Of a stretch of 64,000 nt of DNA, positions 1-8,957 are shown one piece after another. Origin of the DNA: Paracoccaceae bacterium (GTDB taxonomy: Bacteria > Pseudomonadota > Alphaproteobacteria > Rhodobacterales > Rhodobacteraceae); the NCBI GenBank assembly GCA_028112705.1, contig JAOGYN010000005.1:15527-79526 (forward strand), given 5' to 3'. Under the pieces are notes generated by a model. That model saw only the letters and a program-made list of their open reading frames with translations, was not told the DNA's origin and made no database searches. A program made the position numbers and the translations under genes. The number at the start of each line of letters is the position of its first letter. The stretch's first letter is position 1.

Positions 1-21
1 ATTTGGTATCCCTTTAAAGAT

Positions 22-1146
22 TTAAAACTTACTATCTTCGATTTTCAACCAATACGTTTTAAAATCATTATTTAAGGCTGGGAAAGGTGCCACTTCCATT
101 AGTCCCTTCTTTGGCTGCATAATCACCATAGCAACTGTTGCCCCAGGATCATTTTCATTTTCAGTATAAGGAGGCACACAAACGCTAAAAGGAGCGCCAA
201 ATTTGTCAAAAAATGCTTCCTTTAAATCCTCAGAATCTAACTTTCTGTTTAAACTTTTTAAATTTTCTTTAACCCGATAATCGCGATAGAAGCTATCTGG
301 AGACCAGGAAATGCCAGTATCTTTCAGTTTGGACAACGCAGCAACATGTTGCCAGTGATTTGCATGTACAATTAAACCATCGGTATCCGGCAATACGGCA
401 AAGCTTTCGTCAGGTGCGCATTCAAAATTAATCCCCATACCCTCTGAAGAAGCTAGCATCATATTATTTGCACCTGATTTCCTAGTGGTAGCAACAAACC
501 GTATGGCATCTGAATAATATCTACACTCTAGTGCTCGGCGTCGGATAAATGGCAGTGGTATACCTAAGGTTTTATAATCTTGATCACATTTTAGATAATT
601 GGCTGTTATAGAAATACCAGCAGAGTTCAATCCACTACGAGCCAACCCACCTGCCTCAGTAAAGGTTAATAGATTTGGCCCATTATCTCTAAGTACCCGC
701 AGCACAATAGTATTATTTATACATTCCTCATTCCAATCCCAATTTTGACCGTGAATAATCTCACCATTGGCAGATAATTTAGGCATTATTATGGCACCCG
801 TACAGCCATCAGAATGATTATCAACGAAACTCTCTCCACGCTCAGCTAATTGAAGTATTTCAGTTCTCGCATTTATTAGCATTATTTCGCTCAAACTTAC
901 CGACGCTCCTTTAGCTATTCCCTTCATTTCATCCACTAGATCTGGCGCCCAATCTGTTATTTTAGGTAAAAAATTATTTGCCAAATCCAAAATTTCACTT
1001 TTGCTTAATCCCAAATCTCTTAAGCTTCTTGAGTACAGATCAATTGATGCAGCTATTCTTGCTCTGGCTTGCTCACCATATTGAAGGCCGCGATTTAACG
1101 GACTGCCATAAATTTCTATTAAAGGAAAATGGTCAATTTTTTTCAT
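22..1146 (-). CDS. Peptidase C45 family Ntn acyltransferase/hydrolase (acyl-CoA:6-aminopenicillanic acid acyltransferase-like)
   Basis: 374-aa ORF. Internal HSDGC-TGAIIM resembles the Gly-Cys autoproteolytic/nucleophile site of C45 enzymes. Family assigned from remembered similarity only. Confidence 0.6.
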   Translation of the reverse strand: MKKIDHFPLIEIYGSPLNRGLQYGEQARARIAASIDLYSRSLRDLGLSKSEILDLANNFLPKITDWAPDLVDEMKGIAKGASVSLSEIMLINARTEILQLAERGESFVDNHSDGCTGAIIMPKLSANGEIIHGQNWDWNEECINNTIVLRVLRDNGPNLLTFTEAGGLARSGLNSAGISITANYLKCDQDYKTLGIPLPFIRRRALECRYYSDAIRFVATTRKSGANNMMLASSEGMGINFECAPDESFAVLPDTDGLIVHANHWQHVAALSKLKDTGISWSPDSFYRDYRVKENLKSLNRKLDSEDLKEAFFDKFGAPFSVCVPPYTENENDPGATVAMVIMQPKKGLMEVAPFPALNNDFKTYWLKIEDSKF

Positions 1147-1326
1147 ATATAAACACCAAAATAAAATTTAATAACTAGTCACTTAATCTTAATTAATTTC
1201 AATTAATATGAAATTTAACAAGGGTTAAAATATTATTAAAATTTTTATCTGTGATCACTCTTGCAATAAATATTTTATTATGGAAGCTTAAGTTCAAATT
1301 TTACTAAGTTAACTTTCAACGCTCAA

Positions 1327-2427
1327 ATGACACTAATGAAAAGCAATTCAATGAAAAATAATGAAGCTATAGACATCCAGAATGTAGTAAAAGTTTATAG
1401 AGGGGATACAGACGTTTTTGCTTTAAACGACGTCTCGTTAAAAATTCAAAATAATGAATTCTTTACACTTCTGGGTCCATCCGGCTGTGGAAAGACAACA
1501 TTACTACGTTTAATTGCTGGCTTTGAGCACCCAACCAAAGGCTCAATTTTATTAAATAAAAAAGATATTTCTTTTTTACCTCCAAATAAAAGACCAGTTA
1601 ATACAGTTTTTCAAAATTATGCACTTTTCCCTCACATGACTGTGGGCGGCAATATTGCTTTTGGCCTAGAGATGATGGGTATGAGCAAATTAGATGTTAA
1701 AAAAACGGTAGATGAAATGCTAGAATTAGTTAAGATGGAAGAGTTAATAAATCGTCGACCAGCTGAATTATCCGGAGGACAACAGCAACGTGTTGCTCTA
1801 GCAAGAGCTCTTGCTCCCAAACCTCAAGTTCTTCTCCTTGACGAGCCCCTATCTGCACTTGACCTTAAATTAAGAAAACAAATGCAAATTGAACTTAAAC
1901 GTCTGCAATCAGAGACTGGCATTACTTTTGTTTTTGTTACTCACGACCAGGAGGAAGCTTTAACGATGTCTGATCGGATCGCAGTAATAAGTGATGGAAA
2001 GGTTTTACAAGTGGGAAGTCCTAGGGAAATCTACCACCATCCTGAAAATAGATTTGTTGCAAATTTTATTGGTGACAGTAACTTTCTTTCTGCGAGCATA
2101 GAAGATGATTTCGCCGTTCTTTCTGATGGTACTAAACTCAAAATCGCAAATAAAATTAGGGGTGACATAACAGGCAAGAAATCAATTTTAATTCGTCCAG
2201 AACATGTTCGTTTAATTAAATCACAAGACAATAAGCATTCTTTTGAAGGTACAATTAACAACATGGTATACTTTGGAACTGACACTCATTTTCACTTGGA
2301 ACTCAATACAGGTGAAGAGTTTACAGTTAGACAACAAAACACACCAAACGAGCTTAAAGAATATGCAATTGGCTCAAAAGTAGAACTAGTTATCGATTCA
2401 GATGCAATACAAATATTAAAAGATTAA
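1327..2427 (+). CDS. potA: Spermidine/putrescine-type ABC importer ATP-binding protein
   Basis: Walker A GPSGCGKTT, signature LSGGQQQRVALARAL, Walker B LLLDEPLSALD and H-loop VTHDQ. The FQNYALFPHMTV segment and the ~120-aa C-terminal regulatory extension are typical of PotA-like ATPases. Confidence 0.85.
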   Translation: MTLMKSNSMKNNEAIDIQNVVKVYRGDTDVFALNDVSLKIQNNEFFTLLGPSGCGKTTLLRLIAGFEHPTKGSILLNKKDISFLPPNKRPVNTVFQNYALFPHMTVGGNIAFGLEMMGMSKLDVKKTVDEMLELVKMEELINRRPAELSGGQQQRVALARALAPKPQVLLLDEPLSALDLKLRKQMQIELKRLQSETGITFVFVTHDQEEALTMSDRIAVISDGKVLQVGSPREIYHHPENRFVANFIGDSNFLSASIEDDFAVLSDGTKLKIANKIRGDITGKKSILIRPEHVRLIKSQDNKHSFEGTINNMVYFGTDTHFHLELNTGEEFTVRQQNTPNELKEYAIGSKVELVIDSDAIQILKD

Positions 2428-2448
2428 AGAGTAAATAAGATTAGCAAA

Positions 2449-3408
2449 ATGGATAAATCAAACAATTTAACTATTGAAGACAATGTGGCTTTTGAGCAGT
2501 CCGATGCAGAACTGGAAAGCTTGCGTAGAGATACTAAAAATCGCTGGCTTTTGTCTCTTCCCGCTCTTGTTATAATCATGATCGCTGCCGCAGGTCCGTT
2601 ACTAATCGTAGCTATTTATTCTTTTTTGACACCTGGTGATTATACTGGCGTTGTCTGGAGGTTTTCCACTGACGCCTGGGTAAATGTCGTCGTTGAAAGA
2701 GACATGTTTGATGATACTCTTTTATGGTCTGATGCTCATTTATCAATATTTTGGAGATCGTTCAAGCTATCCCTTTGGACTACATTATTAACCATAATTT
2801 TTGGCGTCCCTACCGCATACTTTATTGCAACCCGCTCTGAAAAAACTCGGAATATTTGGCTTTTTTTAATAACCGTACCTTTTTGGAGTAACATGCTGGT
2901 AAGAACCTTTGCGATAATGGAGTTAATTAGAAACAAAGGTGTCATGAATTCGTTACTCCAGTGGTCAGGATTAACTGATGAGCCAATACAAATGCTTTAC
3001 ACAGACTTTGCTATTGGTGTGGGTATGACATACGTTTTCCTCCCATTAATGGTATTGCCTGTTTACGCAGCAATTGAAAAATTAGACTTTAGACTAGTTG
3101 AAGGGGCTTACGACTTATATGCTTCTAGATGGAATTGCTTTAGACGAGTTATTATTCCATTAGTAAAACCAGGTATGATAGCTGGCTCGATTTTAGTTTT
3201 TGTCCCATGTCTTGGTTCTTACCTAGTGCCACAGGTGCTCGGTGGAACAAAAAATTTAATGTTCGGCAATTTAATTAGACTGCAATTTGGACAAGGTCGA
3301 AACTGGCCTTTGGGAGCAGCTTTATCCCTAACTCTTATGGCAGTCGTGATCGTGGCATTATTATATTACGTAAAAATCTCAACTAGTGATCGTAAAGAAA
3401 ATGTTTAA
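2449..3408 (+). CDS. potB: Polyamine-type ABC transporter permease
   Basis: 319 aa, multi-TM, with an EAA-like loop (VEGAYDLYASRWNCFRRVIIPLVKPG). It follows potA after 21 nt. Confidence 0.8.
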   Translation: MDKSNNLTIEDNVAFEQSDAELESLRRDTKNRWLLSLPALVIIMIAAAGPLLIVAIYSFLTPGDYTGVVWRFSTDAWVNVVVERDMFDDTLLWSDAHLSIFWRSFKLSLWTTLLTIIFGVPTAYFIATRSEKTRNIWLFLITVPFWSNMLVRTFAIMELIRNKGVMNSLLQWSGLTDEPIQMLYTDFAIGVGMTYVFLPLMVLPVYAAIEKLDFRLVEGAYDLYASRWNCFRRVIIPLVKPGMIAGSILVFVPCLGSYLVPQVLGGTKNLMFGNLIRLQFGQGRNWPLGAALSLTLMAVVIVALLYYVKISTSDRKENV

Positions 3409-4219
3409 AATATTATCTTTTAAAAGAGCGTTCTCCGTAAAGAGAATACCAGGTTTTCAATCAATAGCATTGATCACTTTTTTACTCCTATACGCGCCCA
3501 TAATTATTTTGATTATATACTCGTTTAACTATGGTACAACTCTTTCAATCTGGGAAGGTTTTTCATTAAAATGGTACAAGGCAGCATGGAACAATGATGC
3601 CGTGCAGGAAGCAGCTTTTAGGTCTTTGTATCTGGCCGCCACAGCAGCTACGATAGCAACTACAGCAGCAACAATGGCAGCATTGGCAACAACTAGAACA
3701 AAAAAATTCAAGGGTAGCACCTTTATCTACACTATTATTAATCAACCATTAATGGTTCCAGAAATAGTCACTGCGGTAGCATTGCTAATCTTTTTTGCGA
3801 TTATAAAAGTTGCAACAGGATACACAGGAATGATGTATATGATTATGGCACACACCGCTTTTTGTATTCCGTTCGCTTACCTGCCAATTAGAGCAAGGTT
3901 AGAGTTGATGGACATGACTTTAGAGACTGCAGGAGCAGATCTCTACGCAACTCCCTGGAAAACTTTTGAACGTATAACTTTGCCAATGATTTGGCCTGGT
4001 ATTATCGCTGGATTTATGTTGGCTTTTGTTATTTCACTTGACGACGTCGTTATATCTGAATTTGTAAAATCAGCGGGTCAGGAAACCTTACCCACTTACA
4101 TGCTCGGCCAGTTGCGCAGAATTATTACGCCGGAAGTTAATGCAATAGCGAGTATATTATTAACAATAAGCATTCTTTTTGTAGCTATATTTTTCATCCT
4201 AACTGGACGAAAAAAATAG
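3401..4219 (+). CDS. potC: Polyamine-type ABC transporter permease
   Basis: Multi-TM with EAA-like loop (LETAGADLYATPWKTFERITLPMIWPG). The ATG at 3401 overlaps the potB stop by 8 nt. The ORF track begins at an upstream GTG (3386), which is an alternative start. Confidence 0.8.
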   Translation: MFKILSFKRAFSVKRIPGFQSIALITFLLLYAPIIILIIYSFNYGTTLSIWEGFSLKWYKAAWNNDAVQEAAFRSLYLAATAATIATTAATMAALATTRTKKFKGSTFIYTIINQPLMVPEIVTAVALLIFFAIIKVATGYTGMMYMIMAHTAFCIPFAYLPIRARLELMDMTLETAGADLYATPWKTFERITLPMIWPGIIAGFMLAFVISLDDVVISEFVKSAGQETLPTYMLGQLRRIITPEVNAIASILLTISILFVAIFFILTGRKK

Positions 4220-4234
4220 ATGCGAAAGATTAAC

Positions 4235-4248
4235 GTCCAAATTTGGAC
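4235..4248. promoter_or_regulatory. Perfect 14-bp palindrome GTCCAAATTTGGAC between the potC-like gene and the binding-protein gene
   Basis: Read directly from the sequence. It lies 18 nt upstream of the strong SD (AAAGGAGG) and ATG of the binding-protein gene. Function unknown (RNA hairpin, processing site or operator). Confidence 0.3.
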
Positions 4249-4265
4249 ACCAAAAGGAGGAAACA

Positions 4266-5300
4266 ATGAAAAATAAACTTATAACAAGCTTAGTAGCTGC
4301 AACATTTGCACTGTCTGGATCAGTTGTAAATGCTGCCGGTGAACTAAACATCTACAATTGGGGCAACTACACACCCCCAGATTTAATTGAAAAATTTGAA
4401 AAAGAATTTGATATAAAAGTCACTATTACAGATTACGATAGTAATGATACAGCACTAGCAAAAGTTGCTGCAGGAGGTCATGGCTTTGATATTGCTGTTC
4501 CATCAAATAGTTATGTCCAACAATGGATTAAATTAGATTTGTTACTCAATACCAGAGTAGACTTGATGCCAAACTTTAAAAACATGATGGAACAATTTAT
4601 AGACGTCGACTGGGATCCGGGTCGACAATACAGTGCTCCGTGGCAGTGGGGATCAACTGGTGTAACAGTTAATACAAAATTCTACAAAGGTGATATAAAT
4701 ACTTCTGCAATATTCCTTGATCCACCTGATGAATTGAAAGGACATATAAACGTTGTTCCAGAGATGGGCGATGTAATGAATTTAGCTATTATGTATCACG
4801 GCGGAACACCTTGCACTGATGATAAGACACTTCTTAAACAAGTAAGAGATACTTTGGTTGCAGCGAAACCACATTGGAAATCAATGGGATATGGTAATAT
4901 AGAAAAATTCGTAAAAGAAGATCTATATGCCGGAGTAAACTGGAACGGTGCAAGCTTCCGCACAAGATTGAAAAATCCAGATATTGCTTACGGCCACCCA
5001 ATGGAAGGTTACCCATTATGGCAAGATGCAGTAGTTGTACTTAAAGAAGCAAATAATGTTGAAAATGCTAAGATATTCCAAAACTTTATCATGCTCCCTG
5101 AAAATGCTGCAATGATGTCAGCATTTGCAAGATACGCAAATGGTATAAAAGGTTCGGAAAAATACATGCCAGAAGATATGCTTACTGCTCCAGAAATAGT
5201 AGTTTCTGCGGAGATAGCTTCAAAAGGACAGTTTATTCCTGCTTGTGAGAAATCTGTTAATGATATGTACACCAAAATATGGACTAGTTTACTAAAATAA
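4266..5300 (+). CDS. Periplasmic polyamine-binding protein (PotD/PotF family)
   Basis: Signal peptide MKNKLITSLVAATFALSGSVVNA followed by ELNIYNWGNY, typical of PotD/PotF-type family-1 binding proteins. Operon position after potABC-like genes. PotD and PotF cannot be distinguished by eye. Confidence 0.8.
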   Translation: MKNKLITSLVAATFALSGSVVNAAGELNIYNWGNYTPPDLIEKFEKEFDIKVTITDYDSNDTALAKVAAGGHGFDIAVPSNSYVQQWIKLDLLLNTRVDLMPNFKNMMEQFIDVDWDPGRQYSAPWQWGSTGVTVNTKFYKGDINTSAIFLDPPDELKGHINVVPEMGDVMNLAIMYHGGTPCTDDKTLLKQVRDTLVAAKPHWKSMGYGNIEKFVKEDLYAGVNWNGASFRTRLKNPDIAYGHPMEGYPLWQDAVVVLKEANNVENAKIFQNFIMLPENAAMMSAFARYANGIKGSEKYMPEDMLTAPEIVVSAEIASKGQFIPACEKSVNDMYTKIWTSLLK

Positions 5301-5307
5301 AAATATT

Positions 5308-5334
5308 AGTTTGGCCAGTCAAACTGGCCAAACT
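5308..5334 (+). terminator. Stem-loop after the binding-protein gene (12-bp perfect stem, 3-nt loop)
   Basis: AGTTTGGCCAGT-caa-ACTGGCCAAACT starts 8 nt after the stop codon. No U-run follows, so it may be an attenuating or stabilising hairpin rather than a full terminator. Confidence 0.45.
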
Positions 5335-5358
5335 ACCCTAAAGCCCTGAGGTTTAAAA

Positions 5359-6591
5359 ATGAAAAGTTATAAGAATTCTGATAAAATACCACCAATTATG
5401 TTAGGCTCCTCAACTCCCAAAGAATGGAGAGTACCATTGATTGATTGGGATAGACCTCCATGGAATAGATGGTCCTTTCAAAATATTAGACAGATTTTAC
5501 CTACAGCTAATATTAAACATGATAGAAATTATATTAGCTCTTTAAAATACAATTTACAAAACATTGAAGACGTCACTTTTGATGACGTTAATGGCGATAA
5601 TACCACAGTTTCAAAAATGTTAAACGATACTTACACAGATGGTTTTCTGGTTCACATTGACGGCGAAGTTATCCACGAAAGTTATTACAATGGGATGCAA
5701 CCAAAATCCCTACATATTGCTCAATCTGTTTCTAAATCTGTTACCTCAACAGTTGCAGGTATACTAATTGGACGCGGTTTATTGGATCCAAACGAACTAA
5801 TAACTCACTACCTACCAGAGCTTAGAAATACTGCCTGGGACGGTGCAAAACTTCAACATGTTTTTGATATGACTTCTGGCGTTAAGTTTGGAGAAGAATA
5901 TGATGTCCGCAACTCAGACATAGGCAAAATGGACGTTGCCTCAAATTGGAAACCAATACCTGAAGGCTCTGATCCAAATGAATACTGGCCGAGTTGCGTT
6001 TGGGATCAAATGCTAACACTTAAAGAAAAAGAAGTCGAACATGGGGAAAGGTTTTTATACCGGTCCATAGAAACTGATGTCATTGCACACGCAATGGAAC
6101 GCGTTACCGGTAAAAAACTTGCCGATTTAATTAGTGACGAGCTTTGGCAAAAAATGGGTGCCGAAGAGGATGCAAATATAACGGTTGATAGTTCTGGTTA
6201 CGGGCTTTCTTGTGGAGGGATCAGTTCTTCACTGAGAGACTTTACTCGCTTGGGAATTCTTCACCTGAATGACGGGGCATTAGATGGCAACCAAATAATT
6301 CCAACTGATTGGATTAATGATATCAGAAGTGGAAATCATGGGTTAGATAATGCCTCTCTTCGCTCCACTCTTCCGAATGGAAAATATCGCAACCAATTTT
6401 GGGTTGAAGATAAAGATAAGACGACCGTTATGTGTATAGGAGTGTTCGGTCAATTGATATACATAGCGCCAGAATACAACATGGTTGTTGTTAAATTCTC
6501 TACCTGGCCAGATTTTTTAAGCGATGAGCATAAAATTAATACACTTTCTGCAATACATGCAATTGCAGAAAATCACAAAACGAAGGACTAA
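5359..6591 (+). CDS. Serine hydrolase, beta-lactamase fold, 6-aminohexanoate-dimer hydrolase (NylB)-like
   Basis: SxxK box in AQSVSKSVTSTVAG. The N-terminal WDRPPWNRWSFQNIRQILPTA, mid YRSIETDVIAHAMERVTG and C-terminal VVKFSTWPD segments all recall NylB along its whole length (from memory). Confidence 0.7.
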   Translation: MKSYKNSDKIPPIMLGSSTPKEWRVPLIDWDRPPWNRWSFQNIRQILPTANIKHDRNYISSLKYNLQNIEDVTFDDVNGDNTTVSKMLNDTYTDGFLVHIDGEVIHESYYNGMQPKSLHIAQSVSKSVTSTVAGILIGRGLLDPNELITHYLPELRNTAWDGAKLQHVFDMTSGVKFGEEYDVRNSDIGKMDVASNWKPIPEGSDPNEYWPSCVWDQMLTLKEKEVEHGERFLYRSIETDVIAHAMERVTGKKLADLISDELWQKMGAEEDANITVDSSGYGLSCGGISSSLRDFTRLGILHLNDGALDGNQIIPTDWINDIRSGNHGLDNASLRSTLPNGKYRNQFWVEDKDKTTVMCIGVFGQLIYIAPEYNMVVVKFSTWPDFLSDEHKINTLSAIHAIAENHKTKD

Positions 6592-6596
6592 TTTTT

Positions 6597-8024
6597 ATGA
6601 GTGACAATGAACTTTGCTACATGACAGCTGATGAAGCCATCTCAGCATTCAAAGCTAAAACTCTCTCTCCAGTAGAATTAGTCGACGCTGTCATTGATCA
6701 AAGTGAAAAGGTTAATGATACAGTAAACGCCTTCACATATACATTTTTTGATGAGGCCAGAGCAAAAGCTAAACTTGCAGAAAAAAATTACGCAAATGGA
6801 GAGAAAACAGGAGATCTAGAAGGTTTACCAATTGGCATTAAAGACGAATCTGGAATTAAAGGTCAGCCATTGTCCAAAGGTTCTTTAATTTATAAAGATT
6901 ACATCGCAGAAGACACCTCCCCAGTAAATCAAAGGGTACTTGATGCCGGCGGCATTGTTCACGCACGAACTGCAACACCAGAGTTTTCATGCGCTGGTTT
7001 TACCTGGTCTCGTCTATGGGGGGTCACTAGAAACCCCTGGAACACTAACTTTACATCTGGTGGCTCCTCTGGAGGATCGTCAGCCTCGCTTGCTTCAGGC
7101 ACCTCAACAATTTGCACTGGCTCAGACATCGGTGGATCAATAAGAATCCCTGCATCAACTTGTGGCCTGGTAGGATACAAGCCTCCATACGGGAGAAATC
7201 CAGAGGAAGCTGTATTCAATTTAGATTTTTATTGTCATACTGGACCACTAGCAAGGTCAGTCAAAGATGCGATTAGGCTACAAAACGTTATGTGCGGACC
7301 AAGTCCAAAAGACATAGCTACCCTGCGTCCAAAGTTGGTTTTGCCGTACGAGTATCAACCAATTAAGGATTGGAAAATAGCCTACTCGCCAAATCTTGGT
7401 TGCTTTGAGGTCGATCCAGAAGTGGAAAAGAATACCTTGGCTTCATTAGAAGTTTTTAAATCTCTTGGGGCTACTATCGAGGAAGTTGATCTTGGCTGGG
7501 GACCAGAAGTGCTAGAGGCTGGCCTTGCTTATTTGGGTCATATATTTGGGGCCGCCATGCATGATGAGCTAGAACAACACGCCGATGAATTAACTTCATA
7601 CGCTCGAGCGTTTGCCGAGGAATCATTAAACAGTACACCAAGTGATTTTCTTGGCTCATTAGATGTAGCCTATCAGATGTATAGTACGCTTGGCCCAATC
7701 TTAGAAAAGTATAATGTACTAATATGCCCCACTACAGCCATTCCAGCAGTACCAGCGGATTTTGATCCTACAAAAAATGAATTAAAAATAAACGGAAAAG
7801 ACGTGAACAAAATGCTTGGTTGGTGCATGACGACACCATTCAACACAATGAGTAGATGTCCAGTTTTAACGGTACCATCTGGCCAAGCTTCAAATGGCGT
7901 CCCTACTGGAATTCAAATCGTAGGACGAACCTACTGTGATGAAGATGTCTTTCAAGCTGCGTTAGCATATGAAGAAGCCCTTGGTGGGTGGCTTAATTCA
8001 AACAAAAAACGGCCTACTCTTTAA
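6597..8024 (+). CDS. Amidase-signature family amidase
   Basis: GGSSGGSSASLASG signature and catalytic Lys context PIGIKDESG. 475 aa. Starts 5 nt after the preceding gene. Confidence 0.8.
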   Translation: MSDNELCYMTADEAISAFKAKTLSPVELVDAVIDQSEKVNDTVNAFTYTFFDEARAKAKLAEKNYANGEKTGDLEGLPIGIKDESGIKGQPLSKGSLIYKDYIAEDTSPVNQRVLDAGGIVHARTATPEFSCAGFTWSRLWGVTRNPWNTNFTSGGSSGGSSASLASGTSTICTGSDIGGSIRIPASTCGLVGYKPPYGRNPEEAVFNLDFYCHTGPLARSVKDAIRLQNVMCGPSPKDIATLRPKLVLPYEYQPIKDWKIAYSPNLGCFEVDPEVEKNTLASLEVFKSLGATIEEVDLGWGPEVLEAGLAYLGHIFGAAMHDELEQHADELTSYARAFAEESLNSTPSDFLGSLDVAYQMYSTLGPILEKYNVLICPTTAIPAVPADFDPTKNELKINGKDVNKMLGWCMTTPFNTMSRCPVLTVPSGQASNGVPTGIQIVGRTYCDEDVFQAALAYEEALGGWLNSNKKRPTL

Positions 8025-8234
8025 AAATACATGAAATTTTAATATGAAGATCAAATATTGATAAATTCGTAAACAAACTTATCCATAAATAAAAAGCTTA
8101 CATTATAATAAATAATTACATTTGTTACTTCTCAGCGAAATACCTATAGAAACCTCATTAACTACCTTGTTAAAAGTATTTCTTTCTAAAAATAATCCTA
8201 TTTTTGTTAACATTATAAATGTAAGGTAAAAATT

Positions 8235-8273
8235 GATAGCCAATAACATTCAAAAGTTATTGGCTATCTTTTT
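8235..8273 (+). terminator. Rho-independent terminator (13-bp perfect stem, 8-nt loop, T5 tail)
   Basis: GATAGCCAATAAC-attcaaaa-GTTATTGGCTATC-TTTTT read directly. It lies about 210 nt downstream of the amidase stop and 60 nt upstream of the next gene. Confidence 0.6.
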
Positions 8274-8332
8274 GAAACACTCTAGGTCTATATCGTAAAT
8301 AGTTTGATTTTAAAATTTAGAAGGGTAAACAA

Positions 8333-8842
8333 ATGAGAAAATTAATTACTGCTGTCGCAATCACCTCTTTATCCACCAGTTCACTCTTAGCTGCTGAACT
8401 CAACGCAATTGTTACTCAAGTGGAGCCTAATTATGAGACTATAACGGAATATACCCCAGTTAAGATTTGTAGAGATGAACAAGTGCCAATTTATGGAAAT
8501 GCACCTCAGGGTCAATCTGATGCAGGCAACGTATTGCTTGGAATGATACTAGGTGGAGTTAGTGGTAAAGTTATAACTGGCGACGACGGTGGTGCTGCTA
8601 TAGGTGCGATTGCTGGAGGTCTAATTGGTGCTAACAATAACAATAATAATACGGCTAGGCCTATCGTAGGCTATCAAACACTACAAAGCTGCACCACAGA
8701 AAACAGACAATCTAATAGCACAAAATTGAGGAATTACAAAATAACTTACAATTTTTATGGAGCAATAGGATCAAGTTATTCATACAATAATTATAATCTT
8801 GGTGACAACATCCCTGTATATGTCAACGTTACAGCGAAATAG
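8333..8842 (+). CDS. YcfJ-like glycine-zipper 2TM outer-membrane/envelope protein
   Basis: Signal peptide. Central glycine zipper LGMILGGVSGKVITGDDGGAAIGAIAGGLIGA. The flanking conserved Cys and the YKITY segment recall E. coli YcfJ and the 17-kDa surface-antigen family. Confidence 0.6.
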   Translation: MRKLITAVAITSLSTSSLLAAELNAIVTQVEPNYETITEYTPVKICRDEQVPIYGNAPQGQSDAGNVLLGMILGGVSGKVITGDDGGAAIGAIAGGLIGANNNNNNTARPIVGYQTLQSCTTENRQSNSTKLRNYKITYNFYGAIGSSYSYNNYNLGDNIPVYVNVTAK

Positions 8843-8957
8843 AACAATTCATTCGAACTGACAGATGACTGGGTAAATTTTCAAAAAAATAAATATATAA
8901 AGTAAAGTTATTTCTAATTATATAACCCTCTCAAAGTCTGTAAATAATTGAAATATA

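Noticed and set aside
978-1178. Numerous 60-110-aa ORFs overlapping long genes in other frames, for example 978-1178, 6940-7219, 21989-22321, 35402-35829 and 48620-49015
   Set aside because: All are embedded in or antisense to genes with strong family signatures. They lack SD sequences and have biased, low-complexity compositions. I treated them as frame shadows.
8633-8650. Six consecutive Asn codons (AAC AAT AAC AAT AAT AAT) in the YcfJ-like gene as a slippage tract
   Set aside because: The tract is short, has mixed codons and stays in frame for any trinucleotide slip. It lies in a linker after the glycine zipper. It is likely just AT-driven low complexity.
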